A stretch of DNA of 64,000 nt from an uncultured Gammaproteobacteria bacterium (lineage in GTDB: Bacteria > Patescibacteriota > Patescibacteriia > 2-12-FULL-60-25): contig CAYTIN010000001.1 in NCBI GenBank assembly GCA_964438015.1, positions 54,074 through 118,073 on the forward strand, read 5' to 3'. Within the stretch, counting starts at the first letter, position 1; the number at the start of each line of letters is the position of its first letter. The position numbers were made by a program, and so were the translations under genes. The notes beneath the pieces are model-generated. The model made no database searches and was not told the DNA's origin. It worked only from the letters and a program-made list of their open reading frames with translations. Positions 25,323 through 34,461 of the stretch are shown piece by piece.

Positions 25323-26702
25323 TTATTTCGGATCCAAAATGAATCGCAGCATTTTATCCATCGCATCCCAAGCGTCTTCCACGTCTTCTGGACGCGCAAA
25401 AATACTTGGATTGTGATTGATTGCATTAAAGAGCAGCGCTGAATATGCAGTCATCTTTGAGTCGTCCCTGATCCTTTCGCCGACCTGACGCAGCTCATGG
25501 TTCTGCTCCGTCTTCATTTTAGCAATAAAAGCATCAAGTGCGCCATCTAGATAAACGTATCCACCCTGTCTTTGCGGCTGTAGAGCCTGACCGATGTGGG
25601 AGAAGTACGCTTTTAATGCGCATTCCAAGAAGCTTCTAAGAAGATCATGAGCGGCGTTCGGGAATCGATGATGATCGATGGTTTGGAGTTCGTTGAGCAT
25701 CTTTCGAACCCCGGGAGCATTGAGACCGAATTTAACATTTTTTGGTGCTGGGGATTTCCGTTTCTGCGTCTTAACCACTTGCAGAGGACGAAAATTCTTA
25801 CTTGTCAGGATTTTTCCCGTTGCTTTAGTTTTGTTTGGAACATCACTCGGAGGCAAGCTTGCTAGGTATTTCTTGCGTTGATCCTCCTTGTTCAATTTAC
25901 GAGAGTCGATATTCTTCTCTACCACGTCCTGAACGATGCGCTTGAACCCTTTTTCGAATTCTTTTCTCTCAATCTGAATATTCACCTCACCGTCCTTATC
26001 AAAATCAAAACCCAAAAAGTCTCGAACATTCTTATCTTCGTACAAGCGCTCGATGGTCGTAGCAGGAAACGAACGTTCGTCGCGAACTTTTTGATCGATA
26101 GAGTCAGAGTCAAACTTGATGGATTTCGCGATTTGATGAACGCTCAACATTCTCAAAAATCTTTCAATGTTGACGTTCGGATATTCGTTCCGAAGTTCCT
26201 CAACAGTTTTACCTCTCGAGAGCTCAGCTTGATAGAAATGCGCCTGCCTCAACGGCCGCCAGGCACGTCGAGTGTTCTGAGTGTGTTTGCTGGCCAAAAA
26301 ATGGTTAACAGCGGCTCTATTCGGAGCTACAAGGACATCGATTTCATCGATGGAATATCCTAAATCCTTAGCCAATATTTCTATCCTTTTTTCGCGAGAG
26401 GGTACAACTTGAGGACGTAGAAGAGCCTTTAAAGAGGCGATGCGACGATTACCCTCTATCACAACATATTTTTTCTTTTCCTTAACGACAACAGGCAATT
26501 CATCTGGAAAGAATCCGTGTGAGGATATGCTCTCTAGAACCTGCATGGCATCCTCATTTACAAAAAGATCATTAATGAGAGATTCTTGGGCATCCAAAGG
26601 CTGCAGAAGACGAATATTTTCTGGATCAAGAAAAAGATCTGTGATTTTTACCCGTTCTCGGGTCCAGTCTTTGTACTTGGGTTTCTCAAATGTCTTTTTC
26701 AT
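25323..26702 (-). CDS. ParB/Srx N-terminal domain protein with a large uncharacterised C-terminal region (459 aa)
   Basis: VKITDLFLDPENIRL...YVVIEGNRRIASLKAL is a ParB arginine box. The remaining ~340 aa are unassigned. The ATG overlaps the res stop (ATGA at 26699-26702). Confidence 0.7.
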   Translation of the reverse strand: MKKTFEKPKYKDWTRERVKITDLFLDPENIRLLQPLDAQESLINDLFVNEDAMQVLESISSHGFFPDELPVVVKEKKKYVVIEGNRRIASLKALLRPQVVPSREKRIEILAKDLGYSIDEIDVLVAPNRAAVNHFLASKHTQNTRRAWRPLRQAHFYQAELSRGKTVEELRNEYPNVNIERFLRMLSVHQIAKSIKFDSDSIDQKVRDERSFPATTIERLYEDKNVRDFLGFDFDKDGEVNIQIERKEFEKGFKRIVQDVVEKNIDSRKLNKEDQRKKYLASLPPSDVPNKTKATGKILTSKNFRPLQVVKTQKRKSPAPKNVKFGLNAPGVRKMLNELQTIDHHRFPNAAHDLLRSFLECALKAYFSHIGQALQPQRQGGYVYLDGALDAFIAKMKTEQNHELRQVGERIRDDSKMTAYSALLFNAINHNPSIFARPEDVEDAWDAMDKMLRFILDPK

Positions 26703-29404
26703 ACTTTCAAGAGATCAAATATTTCTTTCGGGTCTTCCAGTGCTTTAAATTCCCAACTTCCGAAACCGCCATGAGCATTCACAGCTCTGACCCATTCTTC
26801 GGCAGCAGCCCACTTAGCCTTATCCTGTTCCTTTTTTTGCCCCTTCACTTCAATAATCATATACCGTTCACCTTCGAATCGCAGAAGGAAGTCTGGAAAA
26901 TATGTGTGGACTTTTCCTTGCCAGAGATAGTAAATCTCGAATCCAAGATGATCATTCTTGGCCCAGGATAGAAGGTGGGGGATGCGATTACGCTCAAATT
27001 CGAATCCTACGGACTCCCATCCGCTATCCATGACGATGTGACTCAGTTGGCTCTTTTGAACTGGCTGAGTCGGCTTCGCGGTATACCAAATCGGCGCTGA
27101 TGCTGTGCTACGAAGTGGACGTACGTTGTCGAACACAGGAGCCGGCTCATCCTTACTTGAACTTTTAATAAATTGGCCAATGTGTTCAACAATGCGTTGA
27201 AGGTTGGTCGCAATCAGCACTCGACGGAAGAGATCTCCTTCTTTCGTTTTTGGCACTTTCACATCAAGCTTATCTGACACGATAAAACGATCTAGCAAGG
27301 TCATCAATTGGCTAATGTGACTACCGGCATCACCTTCCCAATTCGAGCCAAGCTTATTCTGTAGCTGAACCGAAGCCTGAAGTTTAGACTTTTGCATCCG
27401 ATGCTCATCCGCTAATTGCTCAAGATCGATTTGCGTCACTTTGGAGAAGTCCGGCTTGCCATCAATGGTCGGCGCAACTTCAACGACCGTAGGGGTATTC
27501 TCGGCCGAGAGCACAAGTGGTGAAAGCTTATCCCACTGGAGATCGAGAAAATATCTAAGCTTGTATTCGACTCGGATTACGTGCGGCCAACGGATTTCCA
27601 AATCTCGACGCGCGATAATAGGCTCGACCTTGGTTTTGGGCGGCATTTCACGCGGCGGCCCCGACTCCGTTTGTTCAACGGGCAGGAAGGTAAATGGAAC
27701 ACCGAAAACAGTAACGTATTCCGCTTCTAACAAGCCCGTTTCAGGATTAACGTCATACGAAATACGTCGGAGCCCACGACCCACAACCTGTTCACACAGA
27801 AGCTGACTAGTGAATGCGCGAACGCCTAAAATATGCGTGACTGTTTTCGCATCCCATCCCTCTGAGAGCATGTTTACGCCAATCACGCATTGAATGTTTT
27901 GACCTGCTTTTCCCTCCTTACCAACCGTATTCATTTTTTCGCGTAATTGCTCAGCCTGTTTCTCCTTACTACCCAAACTCTTGGTTTCCTCTGCTTCGAC
28001 CCTATCTAACGCATCCTGATCAACGCGGATTAATCGATCTTTTTCCTGTAACTCATGAACGGCCGTGAAGCCATTTACAATCGAATATTCAACGCGTGCT
28101 GCGGTTTCAGTTCGATTGCAGATAACAATCATGACCGGAGGAACCTTCATGCCGCCCTTACTCCAACTATCCCTCTCCTTAAGCCAATCTCCCCCTAGGA
28201 TGTTAAGAGCCTGAGAAAGAAGATCCGGGAGACCTTCGTGAGATTCAGCACGCCGATTTAAATCATCCTTCATTTCGGGGTACATGTGGAACAACTTCGA
28301 TTTGAAATCGGAGCCAACACCAGAGTCATCACGGACCGCGACCTTAGGCGTCTTCACGAGCCCACTTTCGATTGCATCATTGAGTCCAAAGTCGCTCACA
28401 ATCCAGCTGAACAATGATTCTCCCGCATTGTTGTGTCCGGATGGACGGAAAGGGGTTGCTGATAAATCATACGTTCTTAAAACGCCACGAGCTCTATGTA
28501 TGCGCTCGATTCCACTAATCCATATCGTAGCCTGTTCCTTTTCAATTCCGCTCAGTTCTTCACCCTCAGATGGCTGATGGCAGTGATGCGCTTCATCGTT
28601 TATGACAAGTATATTTTGTACGCCTCCAAAATCCGGGAGAACGCGTCGAACAAAAGCTTCATCGCTCTCTGGCCCTTTTTTGATCACCTTCGGGCCAGCA
28701 TTCTCATCAAGCGGTGCAAGAGTATGCCAGTTTGTAACCTGTATCTTTGCCCCTTGTAGCTCCTGCCACATGTGAGAGGGGATGACATTGAATGCTTGAT
28801 AGTAATTCTCTGAATCTGATGGCAAGAGAACCTGAAGACGGTCACGGACGGTAATACCTGGTGCAAGAATGAGAATATTTTTTGAAAATCGACCATCTTT
28901 CGGATTCGCGAGTTTATTCAAAGACTGCCATGCAATCAACATGGCCATCACTATCGTCTTTCCTGTTCCTGTAGCAAGTTTAAGACACTGACGTTCCCAA
29001 TCATTCTCACTTGGGATATCGATACCTTGTTTCTCGGCCGGACTGGCCTCGGTAAGCCAAATCGCCGTCTCAATCGCCTCAAGTTGGCACCAGAAGAATG
29101 GAAATTGTCGCTGTTCGCGGTCATTCCAATGATCTAAAAGTTTTTTTGTCGTTCCAGAAATTCCAGGATAGCCTGCGTCGCGCCACGACTTTACTCTAGG
29201 TCGAATTCGATTGACGAGCTCTATTTGGATAAATTCTCCAGGATCATCATAATTTCGTTTATTCGATCCAGAGGCGCGCCAGTATCCGGCCGGACGTCGC
29301 CCATCTTCAAGAATAAACTGCTGAGATTCTCGAGCGTAGACCCAATGCTTAGCCGGTTCTTGGTAGGGGCTGTTGATGATCAATTGTTCAATTTTTGCGC
29401 TCAT
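26699..29404 (-). CDS. res: Type III restriction enzyme Res subunit (SF2 helicase plus C-terminal PD-(D/E)xK nuclease)
   Basis: N-terminus INSPYQEPAKHW, Walker A LATGTGKT, DEAH-box VINDEAHHC, and C-terminus YFPDFLL...MIIEVKGQ. The start overlaps the mod stop. Confidence 0.85.
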   Translation of the reverse strand: MSAKIEQLIINSPYQEPAKHWVYARESQQFILEDGRRPAGYWRASGSNKRNYDDPGEFIQIELVNRIRPRVKSWRDAGYPGISGTTKKLLDHWNDREQRQFPFFWCQLEAIETAIWLTEASPAEKQGIDIPSENDWERQCLKLATGTGKTIVMAMLIAWQSLNKLANPKDGRFSKNILILAPGITVRDRLQVLLPSDSENYYQAFNVIPSHMWQELQGAKIQVTNWHTLAPLDENAGPKVIKKGPESDEAFVRRVLPDFGGVQNILVINDEAHHCHQPSEGEELSGIEKEQATIWISGIERIHRARGVLRTYDLSATPFRPSGHNNAGESLFSWIVSDFGLNDAIESGLVKTPKVAVRDDSGVGSDFKSKLFHMYPEMKDDLNRRAESHEGLPDLLSQALNILGGDWLKERDSWSKGGMKVPPVMIVICNRTETAARVEYSIVNGFTAVHELQEKDRLIRVDQDALDRVEAEETKSLGSKEKQAEQLREKMNTVGKEGKAGQNIQCVIGVNMLSEGWDAKTVTHILGVRAFTSQLLCEQVVGRGLRRISYDVNPETGLLEAEYVTVFGVPFTFLPVEQTESGPPREMPPKTKVEPIIARRDLEIRWPHVIRVEYKLRYFLDLQWDKLSPLVLSAENTPTVVEVAPTIDGKPDFSKVTQIDLEQLADEHRMQKSKLQASVQLQNKLGSNWEGDAGSHISQLMTLLDRFIVSDKLDVKVPKTKEGDLFRRVLIATNLQRIVEHIGQFIKSSSKDEPAPVFDNVRPLRSTASAPIWYTAKPTQPVQKSQLSHIVMDSGWESVGFEFERNRIPHLLSWAKNDHLGFEIYYLWQGKVHTYFPDFLLRFEGERYMIIEVKGQKKEQDKAKWAAAEEWVRAVNAHGGFGSWEFKALEDPKEIFDLLKV

Positions 29405-31923
29405 AGTGATTTCACAACAAACGATTCAATCCCGCGATCATCAATAATCTTTACCGCAATCTTCCTATTCGTTCCGGGGGAAAAGGGGAGTGACTCGATG
29501 CCGGTAAAAGCTTCCATCAATTCCTCGTTCACCGCGCCATTCAAAGATTTGGCTAACTTAGTCCAATCCCTACTTGAATCCTGCATAGGAAAGAAGACCT
29601 GATCCGGGAGAAGACTCTGCTCATCATAATCGGTATCCAACATCCACATCGCAATCTTGCTCGCTCCACCAGAATCAATTTCACCACTTACCGGATTGTA
29701 GTAATCGAACCCTTTTACAACGACCTTGAAGGTACCGTTTTTCTCTGGCATGATCTCAACATCAGGTTGACCAATAAGCCAAAAACTCTGATTTGAAGAT
29801 CGTTTTTTTCTTAAATCTTCCGTCAAAAGATCCACGCTCATCTGCGCTTTCAAGATCGTGATATCACCAGCTCCAAATTTCATTTGATCGATATCTTTCG
29901 CCGCTTCGGGATCAAAATGGAAAGCTGCAAAAATGAGGAAGTTTGGCTTTTCCTGCATGCCCACTGCTTCATTGACTGCTTGCTCAACTTGACGCTGCTC
30001 AAGCGGGCCGAAGTCTGGACCAAAACTTATATAGGCTTTTTTGGGCTGACCTACGCTGTCTAGTATTTCACCCTCAGCATGAAGCCATTTCGTACCGCTT
30101 AACGGCTCAATACGAGAAAATTGCAGGAAGTGGCCCCCGGTAGCACGAATTCCACTAGCCTTTAGTTCATCACACCAGTGCGCATAGTTAGCAGTTTCGC
30201 CTGCACGAGCAACTGCATTCCCAGTAATGGAAGAATTTCTCTCTTTTGAATCAAAGGGTTTTGTTCTGAGAGAGGGGACAGCTTCTACCGTAAATGGACC
30301 AGCGGCTCTAACTTTTTCTTTTTCTACCTTTGGCTGATCGTATAACGTCTCCTCGTGTGGAGGAGCATTATTAGCGACACTCGCCATTGTGATTCTTGGG
30401 TAGGTTTTGTAGATGAATCCGCTTTGCAGTCCTTCCTCGGGTTTCTTAAGTGCAAAATAAGGGAAGGCCGCTGTCATCATTCGCTGCTTAGCCAGAGCAA
30501 TAGCAACCCTCGATGTATCACATGCCATCCAACGTCTACCGAATAGCTCCGCAGTGTAGGCAGTGGAACCTGATCCGCACGTTGGATCGAATACCAAATC
30601 GCCTGGATCCGTTGTTAGCAGCATGCAGCGCCTAATGATCTCAGTATTTGTCTGAACCACGTAAATCGGATTCGCCGCACCACCAAACCCTTCCCATAGG
30701 TTGCTAAGTGTCTTATACGGAAAATCATCAAAATACTTAACAAAGCGAATGCTGTTCTCAGTCGCCCAGATGCGGCCTGCACTAATAATTTTTTCTATAC
30801 CTTCTTTTGTTGTTCCCCACCATCTGGATCCAGAATCATATTTTCGTCCTTTAAATTCGACGTCGAATTTTGATCCGGGTCCTGGCTTAGTCATTAAAAC
30901 TGTTGAGAAAAGTTTGCTTCCCTTGGGGAGTAATTTGATGTTCTTTTTTTCCTCAGGGGTCAGATTACGTCTCTCACCATCTGCTAATTCCACCATCGTG
31001 TAACCTTCTTCGACCGGCCCTCCTCGTTCTTCAAAAACAGGACGATATTTCATTCGCTCGGCATTCTTTGCATACCAAACAATATAATCTAGACGTGAGC
31101 CAACTCGATTAGCAGCCTCCAAACCACCGGCCGCTTTCGAGAACGCGATCATGGAAATAAAGTTATCTTTTCCAAATACCTCATCCATGATTTCTCGTAC
31201 GTGATGAACGTTCTCGTCATTGATTTGTAAAAAACAGCTCCCAGTTTCGTGAAGCAAACTCTTTATCAATTGGACCCTGTCCCGAAGATAGGTCAGGTAG
31301 GAATGGATTCCTAACTCCCATGTATCGCGGAAGGCTTTTATCATCTCTGGCTCAGATGAGAGGCCCTCATCGCTTCCATCCTTAACATCTCTACGATTAA
31401 CGAAGGGTTGAAAATTTGAATTGTACTTAATTCCGTATGGAGGATCGAAATAAACCATTTGCAAGTGTCCCTCCATGCCTTCCTTTTCGAGCAGACTGTT
31501 CATGACCAACAACGAGTCGCCGGCAATCAATCGATTACTCCAATCTTGATCATGCGAATAAAATTCAACAGCTTTATTTAAAGGGAGCTGATTCTCAATA
31601 TATTCGAAAAGCGACTGCTGCTTTAAGCCTGTTCGTTCACGTAAAAAGGATTTGATGATGCGCCGAGAATCAATTCTTTCGTGGACATGCAAGCTTACGA
31701 CCGGAACATCAAAATTCGTTCCTTCGGCCTTACCGGCCCAACTCAGATTCGGATCTATGTGCGGGTCGTGTTGGTATTTTTTCACACCACCAACACTATC
31801 CGTAGCGGTCGATACAAGTCCAACAGGAGGATTGTTGGTGCGTTTGCGGCCAACGTGCGTGTACGCTGCAACGCTAATCTCTTTGGGCGCAGCCGCCCGG
31901 GTTGAAACCGCTTTTCTAGGCAT
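29401..31923 (-). CDS. mod: Type III-like DNA methyltransferase Mod (beta-class N6/N4)
   Basis: Motif IV VYFDPPYGIKYNS precedes motif I VFDPTCGSGSTA. 840 aa. Confidence 0.85.
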   Translation of the reverse strand: MPRKAVSTRAAAPKEISVAAYTHVGRKRTNNPPVGLVSTATDSVGGVKKYQHDPHIDPNLSWAGKAEGTNFDVPVVSLHVHERIDSRRIIKSFLRERTGLKQQSLFEYIENQLPLNKAVEFYSHDQDWSNRLIAGDSLLVMNSLLEKEGMEGHLQMVYFDPPYGIKYNSNFQPFVNRRDVKDGSDEGLSSEPEMIKAFRDTWELGIHSYLTYLRDRVQLIKSLLHETGSCFLQINDENVHHVREIMDEVFGKDNFISMIAFSKAAGGLEAANRVGSRLDYIVWYAKNAERMKYRPVFEERGGPVEEGYTMVELADGERRNLTPEEKKNIKLLPKGSKLFSTVLMTKPGPGSKFDVEFKGRKYDSGSRWWGTTKEGIEKIISAGRIWATENSIRFVKYFDDFPYKTLSNLWEGFGGAANPIYVVQTNTEIIRRCMLLTTDPGDLVFDPTCGSGSTAYTAELFGRRWMACDTSRVAIALAKQRMMTAAFPYFALKKPEEGLQSGFIYKTYPRITMASVANNAPPHEETLYDQPKVEKEKVRAAGPFTVEAVPSLRTKPFDSKERNSSITGNAVARAGETANYAHWCDELKASGIRATGGHFLQFSRIEPLSGTKWLHAEGEILDSVGQPKKAYISFGPDFGPLEQRQVEQAVNEAVGMQEKPNFLIFAAFHFDPEAAKDIDQMKFGAGDITILKAQMSVDLLTEDLRKKRSSNQSFWLIGQPDVEIMPEKNGTFKVVVKGFDYYNPVSGEIDSGGASKIAMWMLDTDYDEQSLLPDQVFFPMQDSSRDWTKLAKSLNGAVNEELMEAFTGIESLPFSPGTNRKIAVKIIDDRGIESFVVKSL

Positions 31924-32021
31924 AAATATGGCTCAATTCTCCCTCATTTGCGGCTAGTTTACAAGGGCGGCCGGTTAAGGTATTTTTGCAGTAACTATCA
32001 TGATCCACTGCCTCAGGAGAT

Positions 32022-32065
32022 AAACCGCCAAACCGTTCGGAATTGAACGGCTTTTGGTGGTTTTT
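32022..32065 (+). terminator. long imperfect hairpin plus T-run just upstream of tRNA-Arg
   Basis: AAACCGCCAAACCGTTC-GGAATT-GAACGGCTTTTGGTGGTTT followed by TT. There is no nearby + strand gene to terminate. Confidence 0.4.
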
Positions 32066-32080
32066 GATTATCGAAATTTT

Positions 32081-32156
32081 GCTCCCGTAGGCTAATGGAT
32101 TAAACCACCTCGGTTCTAACGAGGATTTCCGGGTTCGAGTCCCGGCGGGAGTACCA
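32081..32156 (+). tRNA. tRNA-Arg (anticodon TCT), CCA encoded
   Basis: Folded by hand: acceptor GCTCCCG/CGGGAGT, anticodon arm CCTCG-GTTCTAA-CGAGG, T arm CCGGG-TTCGAGT-CCCGG. Confidence 0.85.
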
Positions 32157-32468
32157 AATATTTGAATAAAACCTTTCTAAATATTTTCTAAAATCGAAGT
32201 GGATAACTTACTTGACGCTATTTTCGGTTCAAGGGACAAATACGCGTGCCAGTCATTATTCCTAGCTCCCCACCGGCGAACCGCTTGAGCCTCACGGCTC
32301 GTCCTCTGATAAAACGGAGGATGATATTCCAGCAAGCGCTCGTTTGGGCCAGATTCCCCCTGGGCATTGCGCCTTTTGGTTAGGTGCAATAAATTCCAGG
32401 GTGCAGGCTTCACGCATGCGAATGCATGGCGTCTGTAATCCGCCCACCCGAAACCGCAAGGACTGGAA

Positions 32469-32482
32469 TCCGAGCGGGAGTA
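32469..32482 (+). repeat. degenerate direct copy of the tRNA-Arg 3' end (12/14 identity, exact 9-mer GCGGGAGTA)
   Basis: TCCGAGCGGGAGTA here versus TCCCGGCGGGAGTA at 32140-32153. It lies 17 nt upstream of the recombinase ATG. Confidence 0.45.
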
Positions 32483-32498
32483 TGGTGGGCGGTTTCAT

Positions 32499-33377
32499 AT
32501 GCGTGAACCTACAGGGTTAACGCTCCAAGAGGGTCTTTCAGAGTTTACGGAATGGGGGATGGGTAAGTACTCCCATAACACGGTGAGGACCTATACGGAC
32601 CTCATCGGACGGTTCATCACGTTCGCCGGCGACAGGCCGCTGGCGGATATCAAAGTGACCGAGATCGCCAAATATCACGGCTATCTCAAAAACAAGGACT
32701 ACGCTGACTCCTCCGTCGCCTTCATGATGGTCGCGCTACGTCAGTTCATGAAATACCTGTTCCTGCGGCACGAAATCACTTGGGACTACCAGCTGGTGTC
32801 GGTCCCAAAGTACGTCAGCCGCTCCTATGCGCCCGTAGAGACTGAAGATGCCAGATCGATGATCGATGGGCTGCGTGCTGACAATTTTCGTAGCCTACGC
32901 GATAAGGTCATGCTCTCATTCCTCTATTCGTCAGGCGTCCGCGTTGCCGAGCTCTGCTGCCTTGAAACGAAGGATCTCCGGATCCAAGATGGCCATGGCT
33001 CAATCATCTCCAAAAAGAACCGCCAGCTTCGCATGGTGTTCTGGGACGATGCGACTGCAGCGCTCTTGAATGAATATCTGCCTCAACGCAATCTCTGGGC
33101 AACGTCTGATGCGCTATTCATCTCCATGGACCGCAAGAATAGGGGAGGGAAGCTATCAACGAGGACTGTCCAGCGGCTTGTAGCCGATCTGCGGCCGAAC
33201 AAGAATATTTCGCCGCACTCATTCCGACACGGTTTAGGCATGCGGGCAGTAAAGTCGGGGATACACCCTCGTTACATCCAAAAAATCCTCGGGCACAAGA
33301 ATATCAACTCGAGCCAGATCTATCTGGACGTACATGACGAAGATGTCGTCAAAGCGTACCAAAAGATCGCGGCCTAA
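32499..33377 (+). CDS. tyrosine recombinase/integrase (XerC/D-like)
   Basis: SAM-like N-domain, then catalytic SGVRVAEL (R), HSFRHG (HxxR), LGHKNINSSQIY (H...Y). Confidence 0.85.
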   Translation: MREPTGLTLQEGLSEFTEWGMGKYSHNTVRTYTDLIGRFITFAGDRPLADIKVTEIAKYHGYLKNKDYADSSVAFMMVALRQFMKYLFLRHEITWDYQLVSVPKYVSRSYAPVETEDARSMIDGLRADNFRSLRDKVMLSFLYSSGVRVAELCCLETKDLRIQDGHGSIISKKNRQLRMVFWDDATAALLNEYLPQRNLWATSDALFISMDRKNRGGKLSTRTVQRLVADLRPNKNISPHSFRHGLGMRAVKSGIHPRYIQKILGHKNINSSQIYLDVHDEDVVKAYQKIAA

Positions 33378-33618
33378 ATTCCACAGAATTCGTAAGGGAA
33401 TTGATTATTTGACCCTTACGGAACGGTAAGGTATCTTAGCGACTAAGCAGAAAAAGCAGGTAGGGCAGGGGACTTTCACAACCGACAAGAGCGGTTTTAT
33501 AAAGGGGTGGATGCGTCGCACAATAAATGTTATAAGACTCATGGCGGCACTTAGGCCAGGATCGGCTGCTTTTTTCCCTATTCTCGATACACACGATACC
33601 GGATACTCGATACTTGTC

Positions 33619-34461
33619 TTACTTAACATAAATCCTATTAGGAACTCGTACATCCACATACTCTTTGACTTGTACGTCTTTAGGTTTCTGTTGCTGGAAG
33701 GCTTTAAACGCCTCTATTTGCGTTTCTAAGGTATCCTGGGAGGTATCAAACCAGGCATCGTACCCTTGGGCCGTTTTAACCACGAGCTTAGTAGTCGAAG
33801 CATCTTGTGGTGGCTCAACCTCACGATACCCAATACCCTGCTTTTGCAGCTGGAGGCTTATAGCGAGCCATACCGTAGCCTGTGGCACCTGAACTACTTG
33901 GCCGATCACGACAGGCACTAAACGGTCATCATAAGCAATAATCGGTGGATCCGTAAGATTCGACATGCGCTTCAAAGATAAACGAGCTTCGGCATCTTTT
34001 TGCTCTTGATTGGTAAGCTCGCTTAATACTACGCCCATTTTATCCAACCAAACATACCGAGTAGGAGTATGAAGGATAAAACGTTTCACTCGCTCTTCTA
34101 CCATGAGTCGTAAAATATTTATAGAAGGCTTTTCAATGGTTACCCGTTCCGCAGATAAGCGCTCTGTGAGCACCGACTCAAGCTCTTCCACGTTCAAAAA
34201 CAAGCTGTGCCGTGCTGGCTGCCAGAATGGACGAGTGCGCACATCAATAGCCTCATACACTTCCCTCTTTACCCGCAAAGGATCCATCCCCTTCCCTGCC
34301 GCAATTTCAATAGCTTTGACCTGAAAAGCATCGCTAATAAAAAAGACATACAACCACCCAATCGCCGCCACAACACCTAAAAACAGAAAAAAAACCAAAC
34401 GCATTGAACCACGCTCAGCCGACTGTCGACGAGTAAACCGATTTTGCGGCTCAAGAACCAT
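33619..34461 (-). CDS. ftsQ: cell division protein FtsQ/DivIB-like (POTRA)
   Basis: N-terminal transmembrane helix followed by FQVKAIEIAAGKGMD (POTRA-like). 280 aa. Confidence 0.5.
   Translation of the reverse strand: MVLEPQNRFTRRQSAERGSMRLVFFLFLGVVAAIGWLYVFFISDAFQVKAIEIAAGKGMDPLRVKREVYEAIDVRTRPFWQPARHSLFLNVEELESVLTERLSAERVTIEKPSINILRLMVEERVKRFILHTPTRYVWLDKMGVVLSELTNQEQKDAEARLSLKRMSNLTDPPIIAYDDRLVPVVIGQVVQVPQATVWLAISLQLQKQGIGYREVEPPQDASTTKLVVKTAQGYDAWFDTSQDTLETQIEAFKAFQQQKPKDVQVKEYVDVRVPNRIYVK

Noticed and set aside
32177-32498. ORFs 32177-32413(-) and 32292-32498(-) in the tRNA-Arg/integrase spacer.
   Set aside because: They have no family resemblance, overlap each other, and lie in a region better explained as an att-like remnant containing a degenerate tRNA 3' half.
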